A DNA stretch of 60,042 nt from a virus (taxonomy: Duplodnaviria > Caudoviricetes). Location of the stretch: IMG/VR virus record IMGVR_UViG_3300047463_000151, positions 1 through 60,042 of that record. The stretch is one strand, 5' to 3'. A program made the position numbers and the translations under genes. The notes beneath the pieces are model-generated. The model saw only the letters and a program-made list of their open reading frames with translations. It was not told the DNA's origin and ran no database searches. Of this stretch, positions 18,095 through 25,778 are shown piece by piece. Each line of letters begins with the position of its first letter. The first letter of the stretch is position 1.

Positions 18095-18455
18095 GTTCCT
18101 CGACCATGATTTCGTGCGTTCGTGCTTGGAGGACTACGTTAAAGAGCGTATGTCTCCCTACGAACTCGCAGAACACATGGGCGTAAGCACCGATTCAGCG
18201 TATGAATTGCTATGGGGCCGAACCTGGAAGAAGGTTCCACGCCCCGAAGGCTTCCAATACCCGTGGCCCGAACGGCAAGAATTTATGGTCAAACAGAACT
18301 TTAAGAAGCGCCTGCCACGCTATCGTGCGGGCATCAAGCGTTATGAAACCGAAGGGTGGACGTTGCACCAACTCGCCGACCACCTTGGCATCGCCAAAGG
18401 TAACGCTTGGGAACTTGTCGCCCGTGTGCGTGCGCTAGATAAGGTGAAGCCATGA
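18087..18455 (+). CDS. HTH-repeat protein (paralogue family)
   Basis: LEDYVKERMSPYELAEHMGVSTDSAYELLWGRTWKKVPRPEGFQYPWP; start at ATG 18087. Confidence 0.75.
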   Translation: MPKFLDHDFVRSCLEDYVKERMSPYELAEHMGVSTDSAYELLWGRTWKKVPRPEGFQYPWPERQEFMVKQNFKKRLPRYRAGIKRYETEGWTLHQLADHLGIAKGNAWELVARVRALDKVKP

Positions 18456-18796
18456 ATGACGATAATGACCGGGGTTGGCGAGCGGAATGCCTACAAGACT
18501 ATGTAGACAAACGTATGACGCCCAAAGATTTCGCTGAGCACATCGGCGTCAGCCTGACGACCGCTCACCGTATTTTGAGTGGTCGAGGCTGGCAAGACAT
18601 ACCGCGTCCCGATGGGTTTGAGCATCCGTGGCCGAAGCAGGACCGGCGCGCTGATTTGATCGAGCAGCACCCGTTGTATCGGAAGGGACTACAACTGTTC
18701 AAAGACCTGCGCTGGACGCATCATCAACTTGGTCTGTATTTAGGCGTATCTGCTGATGCCGCATACCGCGCTACGTTGCGCGAGGGCATCGAATGA
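18452..18796 (+). CDS. HTH-repeat protein (paralogue family)
   Basis: LQDYVDKRMTPKDFAEHIGVSLTTAHRILSGRGWQDIPRPDGFEHPWP. Confidence 0.75.
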   Translation: MNDDNDRGWRAECLQDYVDKRMTPKDFAEHIGVSLTTAHRILSGRGWQDIPRPDGFEHPWPKQDRRADLIEQHPLYRKGLQLFKDLRWTHHQLGLYLGVSADAAYRATLREGIE

Positions 18797-18943
18797 GCCG
18801 CTATACAACGGGGCGCGTGGCGCTGCGCGGTATCGGCTTGCCGACGACCTACGATCCGGCGCTGACGCTAGTGCTGACGGGCGATATAGTAGTAGATTTG
18901 GCATCTATCGAAGAATACAAGCGTGCGACGAAGGAGAAAGACC

Positions 18944-19297
18944 GTGGGTGAGTTCCAAATGCTGCGCGGTTTTGAGTTCAAGCCTGGGATGCTGGTCAAG
19001 GACCGACAGACCGGGTTCCTTTGGCGTGTGCCCGACGACTACGGCTGGACGGCGACGTATTGGCAGCGCCCGGTGGTAGAAGACGCGGCTACGGGTGGCA
19101 TTCTGTTGACCTTGCTTGGCCCTAGCGCGAACGTCGAAGCACCTTGGCGAAAGGATGGTCGCTGGCACGCGCAAGTGGCCCTAGCAGACCGCAACGTGCG
19201 TCTAAGCGGTGGCACATTGGGCGAAGCCTGCGCTGCGGTTGCTGAGGCCATAGGATACTGGCCTGGTGGAGCGACGACGGCTGCTAACCCCGGCTAG
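18944..19297 (+). CDS. Hypothetical protein
   Basis: AAGGAG RBS before GTG 18944. Confidence 0.6.
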   Translation: MGEFQMLRGFEFKPGMLVKDRQTGFLWRVPDDYGWTATYWQRPVVEDAATGGILLTLLGPSANVEAPWRKDGRWHAQVALADRNVRLSGGTLGEACAAVAEAIGYWPGGATTAANPG

Positions 19298-19315
19298 TAG
19301 AAGTCGGAGGGCACG

Positions 19316-19567
19316 ATGGGAGACATCGTAGACGAAGTGAAACGCCGCCGATTGGAGTGGCTGACACGAATGCCGCCTCAGTTGACGAACGGTGAGATGC
19401 GCGTCCTACGCGAAATGGGCGGCGACTTTACCATTCCGCAGTGGGCGCGAAGAATGAATGTGACGATGCTGGAAATCGAGCGTGCTTTGGCGTGGCTTGA
19501 TGTAGAAGCACAAACCTTGGCCGATAGGTCGGCAGCGCGTAGTACACGCGAATGGGCGGAAGAATGA
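19316..19567 (+). CDS. Hypothetical protein, possible HTH
   Basis: 83 aa, GGAGG RBS, FTIPQWARRMNVT. Confidence 0.6.
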   Translation: MGDIVDEVKRRRLEWLTRMPPQLTNGEMRVLREMGGDFTIPQWARRMNVTMLEIERALAWLDVEAQTLADRSAARSTREWAEE

Positions 19568-19800
19568 CGGAAGAACAGGACCGTAGTAACGAAATCACCC
19601 GTGCGTTGGTCGCTACCCTGACCGCGTATGACTCGACTATCAGCTTGCAGGAAGTCCTCGACGGCGTGCGTGACCTTGTGGCTTCGCTGCTTATCAGCGA
19701 GCGCGTGGAGGCTGAGAGCTTCTTCAAGGCCGTGCGTATCCGTATCCCCGAAGTGCGACGTATCGCTCAACTCCACGGAATCGAAAAAGAGGAGAACTAG
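19564..19800 (+). CDS. Hypothetical protein
   Basis: ATGA-coupled start. Confidence 0.6.
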   Translation: MTEEQDRSNEITRALVATLTAYDSTISLQEVLDGVRDLVASLLISERVEAESFFKAVRIRIPEVRRIAQLHGIEKEEN

Positions 19801-19802
19801 GC

Positions 19803-20066
19803 ATGATTGCGACCCTTTGTATCCGTACCGCTCGCCGCGTTTACAACGGTTCCAGCAAGATAGAATCATACAGCGATGAAGACCTCGCCGAAGCGTTTAC
19901 GACCGCTTACAACAGCGACCCGAACATTTGGAAATGGAAGGTCAGCCACGACGATAGCGAACTTCCCGTAATCGTGCGCGGTATGCACGGCGACATTGAC
20001 TATGACCGCTCCAACGCGGTTTCTAACAAAATGCTGCTTGCGTTGTCGCGAGTAGCTGTAGCGTGA
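19803..20066 (+). CDS. Hypothetical protein
   Basis: 87 aa, GAGGAG RBS. Confidence 0.6.
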   Translation: MIATLCIRTARRVYNGSSKIESYSDEDLAEAFTTAYNSDPNIWKWKVSHDDSELPVIVRGMHGDIDYDRSNAVSNKMLLALSRVAVA

Positions 20067-20070
20067 GACA

Positions 20071-20349
20071 ATGAAAAACGTACTGAAATACGAAGAAGTT
20101 GAAGAACTCGTTAGCGAACTTCCGATTCATCGCAAGGCAAGGTTGCTGAGCCACGACGCGGCTTTGCGCTATGCGGCGCGGAATGCTGGCAACGGTGACG
20201 CTATCGAAGCGCAAACGAGGGCAACTATTGTCGCGTATCTGCGCGAAACCGCTGGCGATGGAACGACTGTACGAGCGAAGCACGCGCTGAAACTTGCAGA
20301 CGCTATTGAGCGCGGCGACGATAAGGTACAAGAAGCCAACGCCGCTTAG
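20071..20349 (+). CDS. Hypothetical protein
   Basis: 92 aa; its C-terminal LADAIERG resembles FADLIERG at the end of the 17327 protein. Confidence 0.6.
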   Translation: MKNVLKYEEVEELVSELPIHRKARLLSHDAALRYAARNAGNGDAIEAQTRATIVAYLRETAGDGTTVRAKHALKLADAIERGDDKVQEANAA

Positions 20350-20360
20350 TGAGGTGCTCC

Positions 20361-20528
20361 ATGATGTCTGCGATCAACGAACCGATGCCACGCATGGAGC
20401 CTATCAAGCGAACGACAACGGCCCCGGTGCGCTCTGTGGGGTTAGTCCCGCCGAGTACATCGGAGGCCGTCAAAATTATATTGTCCGCTGAGGTTCAGTG
20501 GATGAAAAGTAAAGGTATAATCCGATGA
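20361..20528 (+). CDS. Small hypothetical protein (below the ORF-track cutoff)
   Basis: GAGGT RBS, 55 codons, TGA overlapping the thyX ATG. Confidence 0.5.
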   Translation: MMSAINEPMPRMEPIKRTTTAPVRSVGLVPPSTSEAVKIILSAEVQWMKSKGIIR

Positions 20529-21187
20529 GTTGTGCGATAGACGCGGTGTATGCACGACAAGAGCGGCTGAATCACTGTGAACTGATTGGCTACTACGGTG
20601 ACGACGAGACACACGCGCTTTCAGCGTGGACCAGTACATCACGCGACCTCACACCGGATAAGCGCGAACGCATCCCGGCATTGTTGAAGATGCTCGCCGA
20701 GAACGGGCACCACACGCCGTTTGAAAAGTCGGCGCTTCACTTCTTAGTGACGGTCGATACCGCTACGCATATTCACCTATTGAAGCACCGTATTGGCGTT
20801 TCGATCAATGGCGAGTCGGCGCGTTACAAGGAATTGAAGGGCAACAAGGGCTATGTGCCCGAAGATTGGCCGGATGGTGAGCGGCTGGAACTGCTCGCGT
20901 TCTTGGAAGACGCCTGGCAACGCTACCATGCTTGCATCGAACGTCTAGAAGCGCAGGGCGTATCTCGCAAGCGAGCGAAAGAGTCTGCGCGGTTCTACTT
21001 GCCCTATGCGAATCAAATTGTGATGGACGTACAGTTCAATTGGCGTTCATTCCATCATTTCTTGGCGCTACGAAAGAAGCCAGAGGCGCAAGTTGAGGTT
21101 CGCGACATAGCCGCAACGATGCTTGCGCTAGTGCGCGAATTACCAAATCGTCCTTTTGAACATACGATTGCTGCGTTTGGGTATTGA
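20525..21187 (+). CDS. thyX: Flavin-dependent thymidylate synthase
   Basis: GHHTPFE, KHRIGVSINGESARY (ThyX motif), KESARFYLP, NWRSF.HF..LR and AQVEVR. Confidence 0.92.
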   Translation: MSCAIDAVYARQERLNHCELIGYYGDDETHALSAWTSTSRDLTPDKRERIPALLKMLAENGHHTPFEKSALHFLVTVDTATHIHLLKHRIGVSINGESARYKELKGNKGYVPEDWPDGERLELLAFLEDAWQRYHACIERLEAQGVSRKRAKESARFYLPYANQIVMDVQFNWRSFHHFLALRKKPEAQVEVRDIAATMLALVRELPNRPFEHTIAAFGY

Positions 21188-21188
21188 T

Positions 21189-24100
21189 ATGGAAGACATG
21201 CCGTTATTTGCGTCGGTAAAGACTGAGGCGCGTCCGTATACTTTGCTTCATGGCGATTGCTTGGAGGTTCTGAAAACGCTCCCCGATGCGAGTGTAGATG
21301 CGGTTGTCTGTGATCCGCCGTATCTACTTGCCGACACCAGCAAGAGCAATCTCAACTGCCTGTCGCGGATTCTTGCGGAAGTCCAGTTCCCAAAGGACAA
21401 GGGTTGTAATGTTCAATCTGGACAGCAGGGCGACCTTAGCTGCCCAACGATCCAGAGTTCTAATTTGAGCGGGCTTGAGTCCCGTTTCGGGGTAGACGCG
21501 GGGATCTGCGTGCCAAAAAGTGCCATTGACCTCCAAAACACGTCCGTCATCCAGCAAGAAATCTACGCATGCACCGAAGCGTCCTGTGATGGGATCGCGC
21601 ACGCCGACTTGCCGTTGAAAGCCGATTCCAATTTCGCTGAGGATGGCAGCGACTTTATTCTCCAGTCCGCTCACGGCGGGGATACGACCTTCTGCGATGG
21701 CGCGTGTAGTTGTTTCACGGAGCCGTGCTTTGGTCACATCTCTGTGCTTGTCCGTTCCATTCGCTCGACGCATGGCCCAAGTGCGTTGGGCGGCCATAGG
21801 GTTGGGAGGGGCGATTCTTTTGTAGGGCTTAGTGACGACGCGATGTGTCATACCCTTCCTCCTCCCTGCGTAGTGGCAGACGCGGGAACAGTAGATACCT
21901 TCGTGCTTCGACTTGATTTGCGCGGGGGAACGGGTGAACTCCGCGCCGCAATTGGAGCAGACGCACAAAATCCTATTTTCGAGTTGTATCCCTGTCAATT
22001 TCCCACCACACGAACGCGAACAGGTCTTTCCTGCACCGTGCCGCTCAAGACGTACAGGATCAACCAAGTACATAACGAAGCAAATCGGACATTCACGCTC
22101 TATCTTCCTAGCCATGTAACAGACCTCCTCTCAGGCATAACCCGAGGGGGTTTTATGGGCAAGAAATGGGACGGACAAGAGACGCCCCAAGCGAGTTACC
22201 GTTTTCATCGCATGTGGGCTACCGAAGCCCTCCGCGTCCTCAAGCCGGGCGGTCACTTGCTCGCATTCGGGGGAACGCGAACTTACCATCGCCTCGCATC
22301 CGCTGTAGAGGACGCGGGATTTGAGATTAGAGACTCTGTGATTTGGTGCTATGGCTGTTTGTCCGAGGATAGTGAGGCATTGACGAAACGCGGGTGGGTT
22401 AAAGGGCCAGAACTCAGGCACGACGACGAGGTGCTTCAATGGGATGCGCCCAGCGACACGTTCTCGTGGGTCGTTCCTACGAACATCACGCTCGCGCCGT
22501 ATTCGGGTTCGATGATGCGGTTGCTCAACCGGAACACGGATCAATTGTTGACACCGAACCACCGCGTTTACGCGCGCGTGCGAAAGCATAGTCGGAACGA
22601 GTACGATGCGACCTATACGGTGTACGACGCCGAGACGTTAGCCAATCGTTCACAGGCTTGGCATGTCACGCTACCTTGCGCGTCCACTCTGGATGAAGGT
22701 CGCGAAATCGACCCCGAGTACGCCTACATTGTGGGCTGGTGGCTGACCGACGCATGGCCGCACGCTGACGGGAAAGCGTGCATGTTTTCGCAGTCAAAGC
22801 CCGAAACTTTGGAGAAATTACGGGCTGCCTTAGCCCCCCACGGTCCTTCGGAGTACGTCAGACCGGGCAGAAAGCCGACTCATGCCGAAGAACACACGTT
22901 CTATTTGACCGGCCCGTTGGCAAATCGACTGCGGACGGAGTTCCCAGATCGTCGTTTGTCGTGGGACGTTCTCAGTTGGAGTGCCGAAGCGCGGAGGTCA
23001 CTCTACCAAGGGCTTATGGACGGTGACGGTTCACAACCCGAAATCCAACACGCCCACACGTTCTGGACGAAAGACGCAGAGCGCCGTGACGTTTTTCTCG
23101 CGCTCGCGACGACCCTCGGCTACCGCAGTTGTATCGGGGCGACTAAGGACTGTGTTTACGTCAACACCAACACGGCAACAACAGAAGTACAGGGCAAACA
23201 TCGGACAGATTCGCTTGCGTATGAAGGCATGGTCTGGTGTGTGACCGTGCCTTCGGGTGCGTTTCTGGCCCGCCGCGCCGGTAAGCCGTTCATCACCGGG
23301 AATAGTGGATTCCCGAAAAGCCTAGATATATCCAAGGCTATCGACAAACGCGGTGGCGTCATACCGTGGCAGAAGGAATTTGCGAAACACTTGAAGGCGA
23401 CAAGGCCGAAAACGCTCAGTGTGCAGTTTATCAACGACCATGTATCTAACGGTACAAAATCTAACTTCTGGGGCCATTTTATCGACACAACTTCTCAGCC
23501 GTTACTACCTACGGTCGAACAGTACCGTAAATTGCGCGAAATCCTCCCCATCGATCCGTCATGGGATGCACATTTCTTGGTTTCGGCAGACCGCGAAGTA
23601 GTAGGCTATAAGACAGCGGGAATCGCAAACCCGGACGAAGGCAAGCGACACACAATAGGCGCAAGTCAAAGTGTTACGGTCGAAATTACCGCTCCATCTA
23701 CTGACGCCGCCCGACAATGGGAAGGATGGGGAACTGCGCTTAAGCCAGCACACGAGCCAATTGTGGTTGCCCGAAAGCCGTTGGTCGGAACCGTCGCCGC
23801 GAACGTGTTGAAGCATGGAACGGGCGGGTTGAACATTGACGGATGCCGCGTATCGTGGTCAAGCGTTGGCGATCTTGAGCGCGCTAAAATCAATGGCACC
23901 AGTTATGACAAAGCAAGGGCGCGCAATGCTTTAAATAAAAGCGCGTCAATCGGAACAGAAAGCAGAGGTCCATCGGACACCTACGATCCCGCTGAAGGCC
24001 GTTGGCCCGCAAACCTCATGCTCTCGCACTCTGAGTGTTGTGTGCGCGTGGACTCGGATGAGGACACAGACCTGTACGCTTGCGTGCCGGGTTGCCCGAT

Positions 24101-24560
24101 TCGGGCGATGGACGCGCAGAGCGGCCCGTCCGGTGGTTGTGCTCCCGCATCCGGTCCTACGCTTGGTAAGATGGGGAAGCACGGTATCTATGGTAAAGCC
24201 AAGGGTGAGAACATGGAGAGCGTCGCCTTTCATGGAAAGGTTGACGGAGCTTCGCGTTTCTTCATGCGCTTTGACCCCTACGACGCGCCCTTTATCTATG
24301 CGGCGAAGTCCAGTACAAAAGATAGAAGCGCAGGCTTAGAAGAACGCAATTCCCATCCTACGGTCAAGAGCCAACCCTTGATGAAATACTTATGCCGCCT
24401 TGTGACTCCGCCCGGTGGTGTCGTCCTCGACCCGTTCATGGGTTCAGGCTCAACCGGCGTTGCTGCGATTAGCGAAGGCTTCCGCTTTATCGGTATCGAG
24501 CGCGAAGCAGAGTATTTCGACATCGCGAGCAAGCGACTTGCACACGCTGCGAGGGCTTAG
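21189..24560 (+). CDS. Beta-class N6-adenine/N4-cytosine DNA methyltransferase with two insertions
   Basis: GDCLEVL, DPPY, GFMGKKWD, RVLKPGG, SGFPKS, GWGTALKPAHEP, HPTVK and C-terminal VLDPFMGSGSTG. Confidence 0.9.
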   Translation: MEDMPLFASVKTEARPYTLLHGDCLEVLKTLPDASVDAVVCDPPYLLADTSKSNLNCLSRILAEVQFPKDKGCNVQSGQQGDLSCPTIQSSNLSGLESRFGVDAGICVPKSAIDLQNTSVIQQEIYACTEASCDGIAHADLPLKADSNFAEDGSDFILQSAHGGDTTFCDGACSCFTEPCFGHISVLVRSIRSTHGPSALGGHRVGRGDSFVGLSDDAMCHTLPPPCVVADAGTVDTFVLRLDLRGGTGELRAAIGADAQNPIFELYPCQFPTTRTRTGLSCTVPLKTYRINQVHNEANRTFTLYLPSHVTDLLSGITRGGFMGKKWDGQETPQASYRFHRMWATEALRVLKPGGHLLAFGGTRTYHRLASAVEDAGFEIRDSVIWCYGCLSEDSEALTKRGWVKGPELRHDDEVLQWDAPSDTFSWVVPTNITLAPYSGSMMRLLNRNTDQLLTPNHRVYARVRKHSRNEYDATYTVYDAETLANRSQAWHVTLPCASTLDEGREIDPEYAYIVGWWLTDAWPHADGKACMFSQSKPETLEKLRAALAPHGPSEYVRPGRKPTHAEEHTFYLTGPLANRLRTEFPDRRLSWDVLSWSAEARRSLYQGLMDGDGSQPEIQHAHTFWTKDAERRDVFLALATTLGYRSCIGATKDCVYVNTNTATTEVQGKHRTDSLAYEGMVWCVTVPSGAFLARRAGKPFITGNSGFPKSLDISKAIDKRGGVIPWQKEFAKHLKATRPKTLSVQFINDHVSNGTKSNFWGHFIDTTSQPLLPTVEQYRKLREILPIDPSWDAHFLVSADREVVGYKTAGIANPDEGKRHTIGASQSVTVEITAPSTDAARQWEGWGTALKPAHEPIVVARKPLVGTVAANVLKHGTGGLNIDGCRVSWSSVGDLERAKINGTSYDKARARNALNKSASIGTESRGPSDTYDPAEGRWPANLMLSHSECCVRVDSDEDTDLYACVPGCPIRAMDAQSGPSGGCAPASGPTLGKMGKHGIYGKAKGENMESVAFHGKVDGASRFFMRFDPYDAPFIYAAKSSTKDRSAGLEERNSHPTVKSQPLMKYLCRLVTPPGGVVLDPFMGSGSTGVAAISEGFRFIGIEREAEYFDIASKRLAHAARA
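21324..22115 (-). CDS. Vsr/DUF559-like (EDxHD-type) endonuclease with zinc ribbons, antisense inside the methyltransferase
   Basis: CPIC..CSRSC and CSNC..CSRVC zinc motifs; SGLE..VDF..VLEVNGTFWHADP..VLWE nuclease core; GAGGAGGT RBS just upstream of the ATG. Confidence 0.85.
   Translation of the reverse strand: MARKIERECPICFVMYLVDPVRLERHGAGKTCSRSCGGKLTGIQLENRILCVCSNCGAEFTRSPAQIKSKHEGIYCSRVCHYAGRRKGMTHRVVTKPYKRIAPPNPMAAQRTWAMRRANGTDKHRDVTKARLRETTTRAIAEGRIPAVSGLENKVAAILSEIGIGFQRQVGVRDPITGRFGACVDFLLDDGRVLEVNGTFWHADPRVYPETGLKPAQIRTLDRWAAKVALLSRLNITTLVLWELDFRKNPRQAVEIALAGVGK
21324..22133 (-). mobile_element. 810-bp in-frame insertion (endonuclease gene plus RBS) between Tyr and Gly of DPPY|G
   Basis: Removing 21324-22133 restores DPPY-GITRGGFMGKKWD, which fits the family consensus. 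Confidence 0.75.
22356..23303 (+). mobile_element. Intein with LAGLIDADG-type endonuclease domain (316 aa)
   Basis: IWCYG|CLSEDSEALTKRGW, block B TPNHRV, IVGWWLTDA and QGLMDGDG, ending VWCVTVPSGAFLARRAGKPFITGN|S. Removal restores WCYGSGFPKS. Confidence 0.92.
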
Positions 24561-24771
24561 ATAGCGATTCTGACACGATGCTAGCGAGCGCCGTGGTAAC
24601 ACACGACATGTACCCTTTGGAGGGCGTGTGTCCCGGCGCTGCGAACTCGACTCCGACGACGTAGCCAGTCTGGACGACACGGATTTCCGAAGCGTGCCGT
24701 ACACAGAGGGCTGCGTCGTAGAAGCAGGCTCCCGATTTCGACTGCTAAACCCGTTGAAAGACGAGGATACC

Positions 24772-25299
24772 ATGCCTGCACCGGACGAAATGGCGCACGA
24801 AGCGCCGATGCCTGAGCACCAAGATTCTGCCCCTGCTGAACCGATGGAACACGCGGCAGGTGCGGCGGAAATGCGAGAGCATATCGAAGTGCCCGCAGGG
24901 CCATCGACAGCGGACTTGTCGGGCCTGAAAGATATGGCCGGTGATAATCCGATGGTCATGGTGGCATTGGCTGGTATCGCTGTTCTCGGTGGTTCTGCTG
25001 GTTGGAAGCATTGGAACAAGCTTTCAGAGCAGAAGCACGAAGAGAAAATGAAAGTGCTGGAAATGCAGGCGAACGCTCAGGGTATGAACGGCGCTCAGCC
25101 GCCTCCGTGCCAGGCGGTAACGCTCAAGACCGAGGCCGAAATCAAGGCCCTGCAAGCACTGGTCGCCGAACAGGGCGAACGTATGGCGAAGATGGAAAAA
25201 CGTACACTGGCGCTTTCGGCTTCGGATTTTGATCCCGAAGAACTCGAAAGTTGGCGGGTAAAAGTAGATAAAAAGCTCAAATCTATTACCGCACGCTAG
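24772..25299 (+). CDS. Membrane protein with coiled coil (holin/spanin candidate)
   Basis: One hydrophobic helix (MVMVALAGIAVLGG) followed by a coiled coil; directly upstream of the endolysin; GAGG RBS. Confidence 0.55.
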   Translation: MPAPDEMAHEAPMPEHQDSAPAEPMEHAAGAAEMREHIEVPAGPSTADLSGLKDMAGDNPMVMVALAGIAVLGGSAGWKHWNKLSEQKHEEKMKVLEMQANAQGMNGAQPPPCQAVTLKTEAEIKALQALVAEQGERMAKMEKRTLALSASDFDPEELESWRVKVDKKLKSITAR

Positions 25300-25307
25300 A
25301 GGTACAC

Positions 25308-25778
25308 ATGCCTACCGCTCTTGATTTCAAACTTTCCCCTCACTTTACTTGGGGCGAAATGACCCGCACGGGTCAGTCGGCCTTGCAGGACAAGAACCGT
25401 GCTGAAGCCGAACAGTTCAAACCGGCCATCACCGCCCTCTGCCAGACCCTGATGGAACCAGTCAGAATGAAGTTTGGCCCGTTGAGAATTAACAGTTGCT
25501 TCAGGGGGCCAGCCGTTAATTCTGCAATTGGGGGGAGCAAGACCAGTCAACACATGATCGGAGAAGCCTGCGATTTCGTTCCTATGGACGACAAAATCGC
25601 GTTGATGACCATTGTTGATTGGGTCCGTAAGGAAAGCGGATTGAAGTGGGGCCAGCTTATCAACGAGCATCCCGGCAACAGCAAGTGGATTCACCTCTCG
25701 TTGGGCGCTCCGTGGCGTGCCGCGAACAACATGCAAGTGCTGGATTTCGACGGGAAATCCTACACGCCCATCAAGTAA
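25308..25778 (+). CDS. Endolysin, peptidase M15 family
   Basis: LSPHFT..EM, INSCFR...VN.AIGG..TSQH..GEACD and WIHLS zinc-peptidase motifs. Confidence 0.88.
   Translation: MPTALDFKLSPHFTWGEMTRTGQSALQDKNRAEAEQFKPAITALCQTLMEPVRMKFGPLRINSCFRGPAVNSAIGGSKTSQHMIGEACDFVPMDDKIALMTIVDWVRKESGLKWGQLINEHPGNSKWIHLSLGAPWRAANNMQVLDFDGKSYTPIK

Noticed and set aside
20516-20521. Perfect TATAAT just before thyX
   Set aside because: Only 3 nt from the ATG, inside a coupled upstream ORF (20361-20528), and without a good -35.
21324-22133. Group I/II intron, second intein or IS explanation for the insertion
   Set aside because: Only 18 nt lie outside the antisense ORF; there are no intein terminal residues, no terminal inverted repeats, no target duplication and no transposase motif.
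22131-24532. Other minus-strand ORFs within the methyltransferase and intein
   Set aside because: Unlike 21324-22115, they lack an RBS and any recognisable domain.
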